A stretch of 64,000 nt of DNA, taken from the NCBI GenBank assembly GCA_000002435.2, contig CM018792.1, one strand, 5' to 3'. Below the pieces are notes generated by a model. That model did no database searches. It was not told the DNA's origin and was given only the letters and a program-made list of their open reading frames with translations. This DNA is from Giardia intestinalis (Eukaryota). The translations under genes and the position numbers were made by a program. Below, piece after piece: positions 9,155-21,800 of the stretch (positions are counted from its first letter, which is position 1; each line of letters starts with the position of its first letter).

Positions 9155-9291
9155 TTTAAAATCCTGACGTGAAATGTTACAGGGAAGGATTACCAATGGT
9201 TTACCAGAGAGATTGCGAACCAATACGCAGGGAAAGAGGATTGTAGAAAATAAAAAGTAAGCAACCCAATCTGGTTTGAGTCAAGCTAGGC

Positions 9292-9912
9292 TTATCTATT
9301 TCGTTTGTGCATGGTGGTAATTATTCCCATTTGTACACCGCTAGCCAAGACGACGAGGGCAATTTCGATGATGACAAATATCCATAAGCGACGGGAAACA
9401 GATTTGAGGCCGCCGATAAGCCTATTTTCTCTATACTTAGAATACCTCTGGTCAGCCTGAACATTGGACATAAGTTTGTGTGCTTGATCCACAGTTACCG
9501 TGTATCGATCAACCGACGCAGAGCTAGACGCTCTAGCCACATCTATTCCAAAGTCGCAAGTTGCTACCGTCTCCTTTATACTTGCAGCTCGCGGTTGTGC
9601 ACCAGTAGTATTGGTCTCAGGAGCTTCCTTTAAGATTACCTCAAAACAAAAATGGTACGTCCCTGGCTTTGTGACAGAGATAGCATAGGCTTCGCTGTCA
9701 GTGATGCTTGAGTATATAGGAGCCTTGATGCTGGGGGTGTTGATTGAAAACCGTACCTGGTAAAGGGCTGACGGATTGATGGCAACTCGCCCAGAGACTT
9801 CATCACCAGCAGCCAAGTTCTCGTGCATGCAGAACCGCTTCTTCGGCTTCAAAAAGAAGCTGAGTTCGTCGCAAAGCACCGAACTTATAACTGCAAATAT
9901 GGTTAAAATCAT
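9292..9912 (-). CDS. p24/emp24 (GOLD-domain) cargo receptor
   Basis: It has the signal peptide MILTIFAVISSVLC, the GOLD-like motif ...GTYHFCFE..., a coiled region, a single C-terminal TM (LWIFVIIEIALVVLASGV) and a short basic tail. Confidence 0.85.
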   Translation of the reverse strand: MILTIFAVISSVLCDELSFFLKPKKRFCMHENLAAGDEVSGRVAINPSALYQVRFSINTPSIKAPIYSSITDSEAYAISVTKPGTYHFCFEVILKEAPETNTTGAQPRAASIKETVATCDFGIDVARASSSASVDRYTVTVDQAHKLMSNVQADQRYSKYRENRLIGGLKSVSRRLWIFVIIEIALVVLASGVQMGIITTMHKRNR

Positions 9913-9946
9913 TGCTAAGATTTTTTTTCAGACTACGAATAAAGTG

Positions 9947-12900
9947 ATGCGATTCAGTGATCAGTTTCTTGCTCGGGTGGCTTCCCAGCTGGACCTGAAG
10001 CTCCTCTTTAGGTTCCAGGGCTTGTCACAAAGAACATACGAGGCCGGTTATCAAGTTACGGCACTCAACAATGTTGATCTGCATTATCCGGGGCTGAATA
10101 AGGTCTTGATAAAATACAGAAAGGTTCAGCAGGCATCGATAATAAGCCTCTACTCGGCTCCTGCTCGCCCCATTGGGGTCTTATTTTATCGATATTGGGT
10201 TGATCTCAAGTCTCTTTCGTTCACCTTTCAACGCTGCGACATCTTCGTTAACTTTATAAGTACTTCGCTGATTAAAGGAAAGGATGAGACGGAATCGGAG
10301 AAGAGCTTTCTGGCGTTAACAGACCTCAGCATTACTATCTACACTACAGGAGATTCCAAATACTGTTCGCCGCTAAGTGTCTTTCCTCCTGTGCATGCAG
10401 CAAAAATCAGAAGGCTGGTTTATGATTGCAAGTTTGAAACAAGAATTCCTACCGCCTTCAAGAACTTTACTGCGATTCAAGACCTTACCCTCTACGGACC
10501 AAGCGAGCCCAACTTTAGACTAATTAACATGCCAAGCCTTAGAAACTTAAGACACTTTATTGTTCATAAGGCGAACTTATATCCTGTTGAGATTCTTGCT
10601 ATCCTAAAGAGTAATCCAACAATAGAGATTCTTGAGATCTATGCTATTTCTCTGGACCCTCCCCAAGACGATGGCTTTTCCTTAGTGACAATTTGTTCGG
10701 ATTTAGAGCGGAAAGATGGTACTTTATGCGATGAACAAGACAGTCAATACAAACAAACCTTCCGGAAAAAGTACAGACTGAATCCGTACAAGACTGTCAC
10801 CAACCTGAAAAGCATTATGATAAGCACTGCATCCCAGGTCCCTCTCGACATCGTTACCCTTGTTACTGCGTGCAGTCCCCACTTGATCAAGTTGTCTATC
10901 AGCAATTCTGTCTTTATATCGCGTCACTTTATTAAAGAAACTCGCTTCCTAGACATTCTCAAAGAAAACTTCACGTGTCATAGCGTTCTATCTCTTGCAT
11001 GTACTACAGATAAGAAGCAGGAAGAGGAGGAAGAACGAGAACGCAGCAAGTGCCCAGCAGCTTTGCCTGCAGATAAAAATCGTTCTAAGCCTAAGTTACT
11101 ACAGCAAAATGATGTGCCACCGGATGCTGATTTGAGTGGAATCAAGCTCGTTACCCCAACAACAACAACAGCGTCACTATCATCTGGTCAGTCGTCTATG
11201 TATTCTGGTCTAAGCTCTAACACAGACATTGTTAAGCGTCCGCCCTTCTCGTCAACAATTAAGACATGCTGTCAAGATGCTCGGATGACAACTGATAGCA
11301 TGTCTACGCCTGAGCTGACATCCTCAGTAATATTTGAACAGAACGATATGTCTAAGGATGATTTAAAATCCACCTCTCTAAAGAGCTATCTTCCCTGCAT
11401 TGTTACTGACGCTCTCGCGCAGATTAAAACAGATTATCGAAATGATGCTGACCTTTCTTCGGAGGACACTATACCGCCTTCTCTCTTCAAGCATAACGTT
11501 GCAGACAGCTCTCTACCTAGTTTTCAAATTAGATACTCTGAGTCTCAGCCTCATCTGGTAACGTACTCTGCACCCTACTCTTCAATTTCTACTACAACAT
11601 ATGTCGACAACATCCCTGATTCTACATTCAGTTTTCAATCTTCTGTATACTCAATGAGTGCAATGCTCCACAACCCCAGCCTCACTATAGATGGATATCC
11701 CAGGAAATACTATGATAGCCATCTTGCCAGAAATAGAAGTAGACTATCATCAGCTACAAATGGTATTCAAAGTACTTACAATGATATTTACAATAGTGAC
11801 CAAGATAGCACCAGATCATATGTTCTAGTGAACGATGAGCCTTACAGCAGGTCTCCATCAGATGACTCTGACAACTCTGGTACAAATCAAGAACTAGATA
11901 GAGAGCAAGATTTGGACCTGGTCAGCTTTCATCATCCTCGAAACATTGTTTCCAACAAGAATGTATACTCCGGCGCTCTACCTCATCTGTCTAACAATTC
12001 TCATCAAATAACATGGAACTTCTATCCGTTTTTGAATCCTCAAGAACGGATGTTGTCTCACACCCAGAGTCCGTGGCATGCAGATGATCCTATTCATAAA
12101 AGATACCCGTTTGTTGGCCAGCTTTCCTCTCAGAAGAAGGAGCTCCCCTTTCTTAGCAAGCAGTTACAACCACCATATTACTTCAATGATCCTGCACTAG
12201 GTCACAGAACCTCTAATAAGGATGGGGATAGACACGGAGGAAAGTGCTCACAACGTCCAAACTCCGTAGGAAAGTGTTCCGGTACATCTGTAAGATTTTT
12301 CACGAAATGCCAAGACGCAACTGCCCATAAGCAACGGAGTAATGAAAGTAGCCAGCTCTCGCCGCTCAGGCCTGAATCGTGTGCTCGAAGAGCGAGGATG
12401 CACATGCGCGTATATAGTTCAATGAATGATTACAGTGGCTACGGAGTATTTACTACTTCTAGTACACGTACAGACGCATCACTAAATAATTCTGATACTG
12501 CCTCTGTCAGATCAGTGCAGTCAGGTACTCATTTGGATGCCAGTTCAGACGAGAAAGCCAGCTCGTTACCTCCAGCTAACCTAGATACTAATTTTTCCTG
12601 TAGTGCTTCATTGCCTAGCTACAAAAAGACCTGTACTATTCCATTACAGACTGAAGAAGAGCCTCTGAACAACCTAGGAAAGAACTTACTTGATGGCATT
12701 CCAAACAACCCGCTGCTGATAGCAACTGCCAAGGAATCGCCTCACGCAAACACAGCTCCGTCACCTCCTGTTAATTCACTGAGCTTGGAGCAACCATATC
12801 AGCCCTTGCAGATAAATCTATCAAAAACTACCAACGCTTCAGACTCCAGCTTTGAGAAATATGTGACGATGGTAACAGGCGTTTCTGCGAAGAAAAATAA

Positions 12901-15733
12901 GCTCTCTAGTCTTAGTCAGACCTTGAGCCTTTTCGGTGGCTCTTTGCCTGAGGACCTCGAGAGTAATGCTACCGCAAAACTGATACCAGGAAATACTCAG
13001 AATGCTCAAGAGCAGCAAACTACAGAAGGCCAGATAGACGAGGGTTTTAAGCCATATGCCTCGACAACAGATCTAACTTCTCGAGAAACGTCCATGATAA
13101 TACCTCATAATCCAGGACTAACCAATACTTCTACATTCTCTGTGACTAGGAATATCAATTCCTTGTTGCAGAATATGTGCATTCCTCAAGACAGTGAAGA
13201 GGACCTAGATGATGCTGAGGAGGTAATGCCACAACTACTAGTATCACACCTTAGAGCCATTTCCACTCCTATAGTACATCTTCACGAATTTGAACAATCA
13301 ACCCGCAACGCGCTGATTTCGGAACGAGTCCATAATACAAAGTGTTTTACCAGTCACGACGATGCTTGGTCATACATTGGCAAGTGCATGGAGTGGACTG
13401 AAGAAGATAAGATAATAGCAGGGGGCTTCTACCAACAAACTGCCTGGAAAAATGCTGCATTTATGTGTCAGCGGTACGAGAAAACATATATGGACATGGC
13501 CCGCAGTGCGGGGGTGCTAGATGGCAGCACAGATGAGGCCAGCTTCCAACCTATCATCAAGTGGCTTCATCAAGGTATAAGGTTAAAGGGACCAAAGCAG
13601 CTGAAGACAGCATATTTATGGTCCAACTACCATATGTTATCACCAATATACGACGATTGCAAGTTCACCATCAGAGATATGCAGAATGAGCTCTTTCAAG
13701 CCAAGATGAACTCACAGCTCGCTGCTATTGAGCCTTTCTTTAACACCAATATCTCGGGAAAGCCATTTTATCAGACGAAAACGGCTAATACGGGATATGT
13801 AGAGAAGATTATTCTTACGAGCAATAAGCTGCGGGCGTCCATGACCGTTGTTGCTAACGCCTCTGTCAGTACAAAGGAGCGAGGAGTGGATGCCCAAGGC
13901 GAGAAGGCAATTGCAGGTCTAAGCTTGACCTCATTATCCGGTTCTTCACAAAGCATAACGGCACCAGCTATCTCAGATAAGCAAGCAAACGAGAAAATCA
14001 AGTCGATACCTGAAAGCGAAAGCACTAAGCCCTCTAAAAAGAATTCTAGCGGATCTAGAAATGAGCAGTCAATAGGGGCCAGTAAGCTTTCGAGCCTGTT
14101 GGCCGTCATAAGAAATTACAATAAAACAGCGGGTGTGTCACCGAAAGCCGCTAAAACCCAAGCTAAGAATCCGACTCTCATTGACAGCTCTAATCCAGAT
14201 CTGATTCAGGAATCAAGCAATACAAAAACAAATCCATCAGCATCTTCTTCAACTGGCAACTTGGATCAAAGCAAAGAAAATAGAAAAGTATCGGAGCAGC
14301 AAAATACGTCGCAGCTTTTGGACATATTCCGTAAAGACATACAGCTTATCGATTTACACGAAGTTCATGATGTATATAGTCTACCATTTAATAAAAATTT
14401 AGTTGCCGAGCCAGATAAGATGCTCTACTTCGACATGAGGATAAACCCTTGTGTCGATCAAATAATAGGACAAATAATAACACATGACATGCTAGAGCAG
14501 GACAAGAAGGAGCATGTGCAAAAGGTCGGGGATTCCTTCGATGGATTCAGCCAGACCAAGAACAATACCTTATTTTGCAACATTCTGCTTATTTCGACTC
14601 TTTCTAGATGCATTACAAGGATACATATGCCGTCAATCCATTTGTCGGTAGATGATATAATATTAATGGCTACTAGGTTTAAAAACCTGAGATCGTTAGA
14701 GATAGGATCACTGCCCACTCCAACATCTGACTTCCGGGACGCTCTTTCCGTTAGGGACACAACAGACGACGGCCTTGAGCAGAGACCTCGTGCAAAGAGC
14801 GACGGAGGTGCACCAGCCTTAGATGGGGCCCAAAACTCCTCAGTTGAAGCGACAATGGGCTTTATGGTACCAGCATCCTTTTCTAGAACAATCATATCCT
14901 TTCCAAGCATGACAGAACTTTTCCTTCGCAACGGCTACATGGTTGATATTCTTCTTATTCTTCAGCTATTTCCTAATCTCAAGTGCCTCCAGCTTGAAAA
15001 CTGCATTCTCTTGAACACCGTTACAAATGAAATGGCCTTTTGCTCTACCAACGAATTTCGCAAGCAATTTGTTTTAGAAGAACTAACTGTCATTGGCAGT
15101 TTGAAGACAGATCGTATGACTCTCCGCAATATAATGCTGCTGTTACGCGATACTCTTACAACTGTCTATTTGAACAGGACGAGAATACCATTGCATAATA
15201 TCTGGAGAAACAATGTAGTGTATATGCCCAGACTGCGGCATGTAACCCTGCAGTCAGCCATCTACGATGAGACTACTGAGATGGACGAGTACATAGCACG
15301 TTATCCAAAGATGGCCAACTATGGGCGCTGTAGCCTATCGTTGCTCGACCTTTTAGCAGTTATAGCCTGCTATCCTAATTTGGAGACTCTGTCCTTCTCA
15401 CAGCTCCACACGTTTGACTACGGTGGAGTGCATGAGGCTGTTAGTAGCGCTATAATACTACGAATACTCGACCATCTTTCCGAAGCAGATGGCACTTACT
15501 GTCTAAAGCGTCTGAGAACACTGTCACTTAGGGGCGCTTCAGAAGGCGATGTTGACGTGTTTATATTGACAATGGCTAAGATCTGTGACATGAAGAGTCT
15601 GACACGTGTGTCGCTAGAGCTTTTGTTCTGGAATGGCGACATTTTGAAACCAGCTAGTCTCCAGGAATCAAAGCTTTTCTCAGATGGTTGCTCTATTTCT
15701 ATAGTGTTAGATCAGACTAAGGAAACGCAGTGA
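9947..15733 (+). CDS. Large Ser/Thr-rich hypothetical protein with leucine-rich-repeat-like N- and C-terminal regions (about 1929 aa)
   Basis: The ORF is open from a TTG at 9776. I took the ATG at 9947 because the ATG at 9899 would overlap the divergent p24 start at 9912. LRR-like strings include LKCLQLENC, LRHVTLQS, LETLSFSQ, LRTLSLRG and LTRVSLE. The central part is a long low-complexity S/T/N-rich region. Confidence 0.7.
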   Translation: MRFSDQFLARVASQLDLKLLFRFQGLSQRTYEAGYQVTALNNVDLHYPGLNKVLIKYRKVQQASIISLYSAPARPIGVLFYRYWVDLKSLSFTFQRCDIFVNFISTSLIKGKDETESEKSFLALTDLSITIYTTGDSKYCSPLSVFPPVHAAKIRRLVYDCKFETRIPTAFKNFTAIQDLTLYGPSEPNFRLINMPSLRNLRHFIVHKANLYPVEILAILKSNPTIEILEIYAISLDPPQDDGFSLVTICSDLERKDGTLCDEQDSQYKQTFRKKYRLNPYKTVTNLKSIMISTASQVPLDIVTLVTACSPHLIKLSISNSVFISRHFIKETRFLDILKENFTCHSVLSLACTTDKKQEEEEERERSKCPAALPADKNRSKPKLLQQNDVPPDADLSGIKLVTPTTTTASLSSGQSSMYSGLSSNTDIVKRPPFSSTIKTCCQDARMTTDSMSTPELTSSVIFEQNDMSKDDLKSTSLKSYLPCIVTDALAQIKTDYRNDADLSSEDTIPPSLFKHNVADSSLPSFQIRYSESQPHLVTYSAPYSSISTTTYVDNIPDSTFSFQSSVYSMSAMLHNPSLTIDGYPRKYYDSHLARNRSRLSSATNGIQSTYNDIYNSDQDSTRSYVLVNDEPYSRSPSDDSDNSGTNQELDREQDLDLVSFHHPRNIVSNKNVYSGALPHLSNNSHQITWNFYPFLNPQERMLSHTQSPWHADDPIHKRYPFVGQLSSQKKELPFLSKQLQPPYYFNDPALGHRTSNKDGDRHGGKCSQRPNSVGKCSGTSVRFFTKCQDATAHKQRSNESSQLSPLRPESCARRARMHMRVYSSMNDYSGYGVFTTSSTRTDASLNNSDTASVRSVQSGTHLDASSDEKASSLPPANLDTNFSCSASLPSYKKTCTIPLQTEEEPLNNLGKNLLDGIPNNPLLIATAKESPHANTAPSPPVNSLSLEQPYQPLQINLSKTTNASDSSFEKYVTMVTGVSAKKNKLSSLSQTLSLFGGSLPEDLESNATAKLIPGNTQNAQEQQTTEGQIDEGFKPYASTTDLTSRETSMIIPHNPGLTNTSTFSVTRNINSLLQNMCIPQDSEEDLDDAEEVMPQLLVSHLRAISTPIVHLHEFEQSTRNALISERVHNTKCFTSHDDAWSYIGKCMEWTEEDKIIAGGFYQQTAWKNAAFMCQRYEKTYMDMARSAGVLDGSTDEASFQPIIKWLHQGIRLKGPKQLKTAYLWSNYHMLSPIYDDCKFTIRDMQNELFQAKMNSQLAAIEPFFNTNISGKPFYQTKTANTGYVEKIILTSNKLRASMTVVANASVSTKERGVDAQGEKAIAGLSLTSLSGSSQSITAPAISDKQANEKIKSIPESESTKPSKKNSSGSRNEQSIGASKLSSLLAVIRNYNKTAGVSPKAAKTQAKNPTLIDSSNPDLIQESSNTKTNPSASSSTGNLDQSKENRKVSEQQNTSQLLDIFRKDIQLIDLHEVHDVYSLPFNKNLVAEPDKMLYFDMRINPCVDQIIGQIITHDMLEQDKKEHVQKVGDSFDGFSQTKNNTLFCNILLISTLSRCITRIHMPSIHLSVDDIILMATRFKNLRSLEIGSLPTPTSDFRDALSVRDTTDDGLEQRPRAKSDGGAPALDGAQNSSVEATMGFMVPASFSRTIISFPSMTELFLRNGYMVDILLILQLFPNLKCLQLENCILLNTVTNEMAFCSTNEFRKQFVLEELTVIGSLKTDRMTLRNIMLLLRDTLTTVYLNRTRIPLHNIWRNNVVYMPRLRHVTLQSAIYDETTEMDEYIARYPKMANYGRCSLSLLDLLAVIACYPNLETLSFSQLHTFDYGGVHEAVSSAIILRILDHLSEADGTYCLKRLRTLSLRGASEGDVDVFILTMAKICDMKSLTRVSLELLFWNGDILKPASLQESKLFSDGCSISIVLDQTKETQ

Positions 15734-15816
15734 GGTATAAAGTAAATGGCCGCTGAGGCCCAAAGCCAGACGGAAGGGGTGGCCGAAAGAGCAAGCTACT
15801 ACAAAAAATAAAAACG

Positions 15817-18800
15817 ATGCAACTCAATCAGTCTTTCTACTTCTCCATGGAGTCGCTATTCAAAGACTTAACCGACGTGCCGGGTGCAGTTGAGCGTTTC
15901 AAAACCATATATGAAAACACAAAGCTAGAAGGCTATAGCTACTTTGTAATAGCTGGTCTTTCACTGCTACTCAACTTGCCCCAGGTTCATCCCGATTATC
16001 CCGCATTACAACTCTTTTTTGAAGTCTCCCGTTTCGTCTTGGAGACCATGGAAGCATTACAACAGTACGTTCGTACAATCCATTACTTTATAAGCAATTC
16101 CTTTATAAGTAATTCCTCTGCTCCAGGGACTGTGGCTCAGCGCATATTGGACCTAACTCGTTTAGATACTCAAGTCCCAAATATAGGCGTCATCACCGAA
16201 TATTTGATGATGGTAATCTCCATTCCTGACTTCCGCTCTCAGACCTCGTCCGAGCAGGCCCACGCAGCTATTACCAGCTTACGCTCCCAGGGAGAGGTGC
16301 TGGCCTATTTGTTCTATGTTGTGTACTGTCATAGGGATTCATATTCTATTCAATGCGGAGAGCTTTTGAAGAGCTATATGAGCCGTGGAATGCAGCCGTC
16401 GCCTTACTTGAATAATCTTCTGACGCATGCCATTAATTACTACGTTGGACCAAACTACCAGATTCAGCAGGGGATGGCTATTTCACCGGCTTATTCTCAG
16501 TCAAGTCCGATGGGAATGCAGCAGCGCCAGCTCCAGTGTACTCCACAATTCAGCAACGCCTTGTATAACAAGGATATTGCCATCATCGTGCTCAATGTGG
16601 GACCAATTTCTATCAATGATCGTCACTTCCTTCAATATGTATTAAACATTTGTCAGCCAATTACGACAGTGAAGCTCGTACATCTTATTATGGCTTTATC
16701 CTCTGTTGCTGGTGATCCTTGCAAGTACATCAATCAGTTGAATATGGCGTACTTCATCCAGACCTATCTTTCATCTGTGAAGATGGACCAGGCATACAAA
16801 GAGTCACTGCTTAAGCAGCAATACAGCCAGTATCATATCAATGCCATCTTTTCTGTTCTCAGAAACGGCAAGGTGGATGTTCAGTGGAAAGACATTCTAA
16901 GTATTTTAGAGCAACAAGTCACGACAATAGATACGTATCTTGCACAGACCATTATCACCGCCTATATTGGCTATTATATCGATAGCAATCCGAACATATG
17001 TCTTTGTGCAAGTTGTGCGAGTACATTCGGCTCTCCTTCTTGTGGTAACAATGCTTCTAACAACGTCTACATTCCCCCGCGAGCACGCCAAGCAATTGAT
17101 AAGCCTTCTTACTCTCCGGTTTTCGGCCTATTTGACTATGTCTTTCGAGATACCGATCGCGGTGCAAACTACCTATACTATTTTGAAGCCAATTTCTTCA
17201 TAGGTTCAATTATCTACTTCAACCAGTTGGTTAGAGTGTTCAATAAGATGCTTCTTACCGACGTGATCCCATATTTGAAGGAAGGAAAGGAACTCCCGCC
17301 TCAGTTTGAGCAACAGTATATCCCTTATTGCAAGGTATTCTTTATTTTTTCGCAGATTTGCTCGCCTAGGGTTACCATCGAAAAGGGGAACATTCATCTT
17401 GTCAAGGGATTTCCCATTCTAGCTGCTATGGATATGCTTTACTACGCATTCAAGCCACAGAGCAACTTATTTCATCCTTGTCTATCTCAGAAAAGCGGCG
17501 GGATATTTACACCAGACCTTCTAGAGTATATCTATGATGTCTTTAACCCGATCAACTTAACTTACCCTGGCAATCCGCACCTTACTCCGGCATCTTCTCA
17601 ATCCTATAATTCGCGCGCGTCGAGACCAGAATCGTGGATCTGGTCTTCTCCCAATTTGGTTAAATCAATCTTCCGGATTTATCCACTGGTTGCGCCTCAG
17701 GTGAGAACCGTTTTTAACGACATTTTGGGTCTCAATGGCAATCGATCTCAGTATGGTCCAGATCCAATTTCCCGCTGTCCAGATCAGTTGCTTGTTACAC
17801 TCACTTTTGCTGACATGGATATGTTGCCTGTTCTACAAGATTCTGACCGGCAACAACAGCAGGTCAAGAAGCCTATTGCCCCCCTATACCTTCTCGCCAA
17901 ACCACACGAACTAATCACAAAAGCGATGCTTCGCGTTTGTACCACATTCCTCTTACAAAAGTATCTCTTCAAGGCAACAAAGCAGCAGACAAATCAAGGG
18001 TATATCGACGCCATCGTTGCAACAAACCCAGACATAGTTCTTTTTGCCTGCGAAGTTTTTTGGAGACGGAACCCAAATAATATGGGGAAGGTTATTGATG
18101 TTATTCAAGAGCTGCGTCTCATTGAGCCAATTGTACGCACCTGGCGGTCGTTTGAATTTGTCTGCGATGCTGCAGCATTTGCTTCCGGGCGCGAGTTTCT
18201 CAATCCAGCCCTTTTCATAATTAATGCAATGCAGACGTACGGGCGCACGTTCGCTGAAGAGTTCTTAATTTTCATTCTGAAGAAATCCTTGCGGACGCTA
18301 CGGAACATTGATGGAAAGACTATGCGTGAAATGTGCTTGCTCCTTACTGAAGAGGATGTCAAACTTTGTAGCATGGTGCTGCTTCCCTACGCCGGGGATC
18401 AGTCTAGATGCAGGCAGAACATTACTGATGCCACCATAAGTTGGAATGGCAATTTATTGGAAATCTTGGACATCTTAGCCAAGAAAGAGTACAGTGACCA
18501 GGCTGCAAAGCTCCGTTTAATGGGTTTGTTAACTGAACCGCTAGTGATCACTGCGCAAGGTAATAGCCTGCAGACTTATCATGACATGAACTTCTTGGAC
18601 ATAGCGCTTACTGCCGTGTTGCCTACGGCGTACAATCAATACAAACTTAGAGCTGAGCAGTATATGCTATCGTCTTCTCCAATAACAGAGTCTATGCAGC
18701 TTGTTTTCTTCAAATTTTCCTATGCATACAGAACATATTTCAAACTAGCTTTTCCCGAAGACACTTATTTGGAATCTTTGTTCAGGCTAGTTGAAAAGGT

Positions 18801-21800
18801 CATTAAACATTGCCTTCCCGAAGCAGAGATTATAGAGAAAAGCCCCATGGGCGTTTTCTTCGATGTCTCCACCACCGAGCAGAACATTTGGAACGAAGCT
18901 ACTACCACCCTCCAGAAGTATCTACAAGGACGGCTAAGCTCTGACGAGATGGTAACGATGGCTGCTACTAGGCAGAAAAACTCCTGTTCCACATTGGCCT
19001 ATCAGATGTCGTATTGTACGCTTATGCACACGATTATTGAGCTACTCGATACGCCGGTACGATGTGCGGAACTTCTCGGCATAGGTGAACATGATGCCAT
19101 GCTAGCTACAAACGCTAGTCGGGACGAGCTGGGTGTTATGCAGGAAACTCCCCTTCTTCGGGCAGAATTATCTCTGGCAGCGCTCGGTGGTCTGCTGATG
19201 GGCTCTGGGGTCCTGTCTGATGTCTTTGTTCCGCGCTTGTGCACACTGTTACTCAAGCATCTTAACTCCACCGTCCCCTTTTTTAATGAAGTAGGCATGG
19301 AACTGTTATGCTGCTTCTACAAAGAGGTTGATGCGGTGGAAAAGGACTCTGTGCGTTCGCCAAAACGATGGACAGCTACCTTTTCACATATTTATAACAC
19401 TAGGTATTTCACCGAATTGTCTGCAAAGAGATATGTACCGCTTTCGGCCGAAAAGCAGAAGTATTGCGAGAAGATAGAATCCGAGCGCTTTGGTATAATT
19501 GAGGAGACCCCCATTGACGTGATCATCGATCGGCTCTTCGGTGATAAAAAGGCTGCGGATTATGATCTGACCAAAGTGTACCAGACATTCATGTCTGGAA
19601 CATCTCTCAATGCACCGACCACACAGGGTCATGCTCCTCAGGTGCTTTATTCTTCTGCTTCCCAAAATCTATCCATTCATAGGGAGCAGGACAAATCTGT
19701 GCCGCATCTGCCCGCACAGAACTGCTTTGCAGGCTTACTTTCGCGATACAGGCACCGTATCTCCCCCACCTTGGTTAAAGCCATGGACGACATCTCAGCC
19801 ATGTCTGTAGTTGTTGCAAAGCAAAAGTACGCCCAGTTTGTCACAAGCTTGTTGGGGGTTCTGTCAAACGGCTCACAGACTTCTCTGGGAGAGCTCGTTG
19901 CGCGTCTTCGGGAGGACGTGGTATTTCAGCAGATTCTGTCCTATTATCTTGTGTCCACCTCTTTGTCCTCTAATGATGGAAGCGCCGTTGGCGTCAGCTA
20001 TCGTTCAGGATCCTTTTCTGCTCAGGCATCTCTTTCGACTGTCTCTCTAATCACTGATATAAATCTATATCTAAGGAATGACGCACTCATAGACAATCTC
20101 GCTAATGTAGCCATTTTATCCAGTCGGTTAGTCGATTTGTATGAAGCCTCTTCTGTGAAACAGAGAGTCAGCCTCAAGACAATGCTTTTCCACTATTCGT
20201 TGGTTATGTTGTGGGATCTGGTTGACTCCATATTGGAAGCGGATGAATCGGGTATTCATAGTGAAAGCTTGGGTAGAAACGTCGGCACTTTAGCACCTGT
20301 TGAGAGGCAGCATGCACACGTGGCACTATTGGCCAAGCGATATAAGAGAGCAATAACCTTGGGGCACTGGCTGGGATTTCTTGTGTTTGGAGCAAGATAT
20401 GCTCCTCTAAAGCAAGACATTAACTTTCTAGAGCTCATAGATATTAGCGCCCATAGAGGGACCTTTATTCTTCTGGTGGTTTTCTTCCGTAGCTTCCTCC
20501 GCCACTCTCTCGATTCCCCCGGTCTCCCAGCGACCTCTGGGCTTGTGATCATGATAATCTCAAAGCTCTATGACACACTATGTAATATTAACCGGTTGAC
20601 AATCAGGTATCCTGTCTATCAACTCGAGATTGCTACGGCTTTAATTGGAGATTTCCAGGAGGAGGCGTACACGTGCCTTGAACACACTAAGTTGTATCAG
20701 CACAACATCACACACAATTCGTCTCTTCAAGGCCTGTTTTCTTCTTCTGAACTCATCTGTACCTCTCATGTCAACGGTGACAGGACAGAATTGGCTCTCA
20801 AGCCTCCTCCGTTCAAGTATATTGACCCCGCTGCAAAGACGCGCCAGGCAAGCAGCATCAATGGCTTGAACATGCTACGCTTAGAAAGGTCCTTTAACCC
20901 TCTATCTGATACTCCCTGTCAAGCATATTGCATTCCTCCACACATCTTTCGATCAGAAATGCGGCTTGGCGTTCTTTGCGAGATACAGCGTAATGAAGAT
21001 CCTCAGCAGACGCCTTTTCCTCTCATCCTCTCTTTCCTAACTGCAAATCCGTCTCTTTACGCCTTTTTTGAGCGTGCTGTTCAGATTATTTGCAACATGC
21101 CCGAGCTGGTTGAGGGAAAGAGACGTGCATGTTTCCATGCTCGTAACTTAGTATATACATTGCTCCAGGAGTCGTCCCTTTCTATATGCTCACGTGGGTC
21201 GTCAACGCCATCTATGGCATCTATCAAGTCGCAGACAGGGCCTTCCTCTTCTTCTGGAAAGTCCTCTCATCTTCCGACGGTAGCGTCCAATATTTCGCTA
21301 AAGAATGCTAGCTCAGATGAGACAAACCCCAATTTTGCATACGTAGCAACAACTTATATAGCGACCTCTCTCTTTCGAGCGTCTGCATATACAATTATTT
21401 GCTCAAAGATCCGACTTCTGCTGCATAAATCCTTCTATTGGGTGCCTACAGCAAGAGAGGAAGATTTGCGCTTACAAAGGCTACTCGAAGACACAATTAT
21501 AGAGGGACTGATCCGTCTCGCCGCAGAGTATGCGCTGAGTCTCTTGCACAAGCAGATTAGGGATTTTAGCGAGGTCATTCTAACATCTAAGAAAGATCGC
21601 CAAATGAAGTTTACGAATGCATGCAACACCTCAACTCAGAATCAAGAGGACTCCGAGTACAGTGAGCTATCTTACCAACAAGGAGATACATTCTCATTGC
21701 AATTTCTTGCCCCGCGCGCTGACACCGCCTTTACGACAAATAGCACACCTCTTTGCTGTGAATCAACTCAGAAATTCTCAACGACCTCAGTAGTCAGTAC

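Noticed and set aside
9776-9946. The 5' 171 nt of the 1985-aa ORF track entry (start at 9776)
   Set aside because: Its track start is a TTG. Using it would overlap the divergent p24 gene's start codon (9910-9912) by more than 130 nt. The first non-overlapping ATG, with AT-rich upstream, is at 9947.
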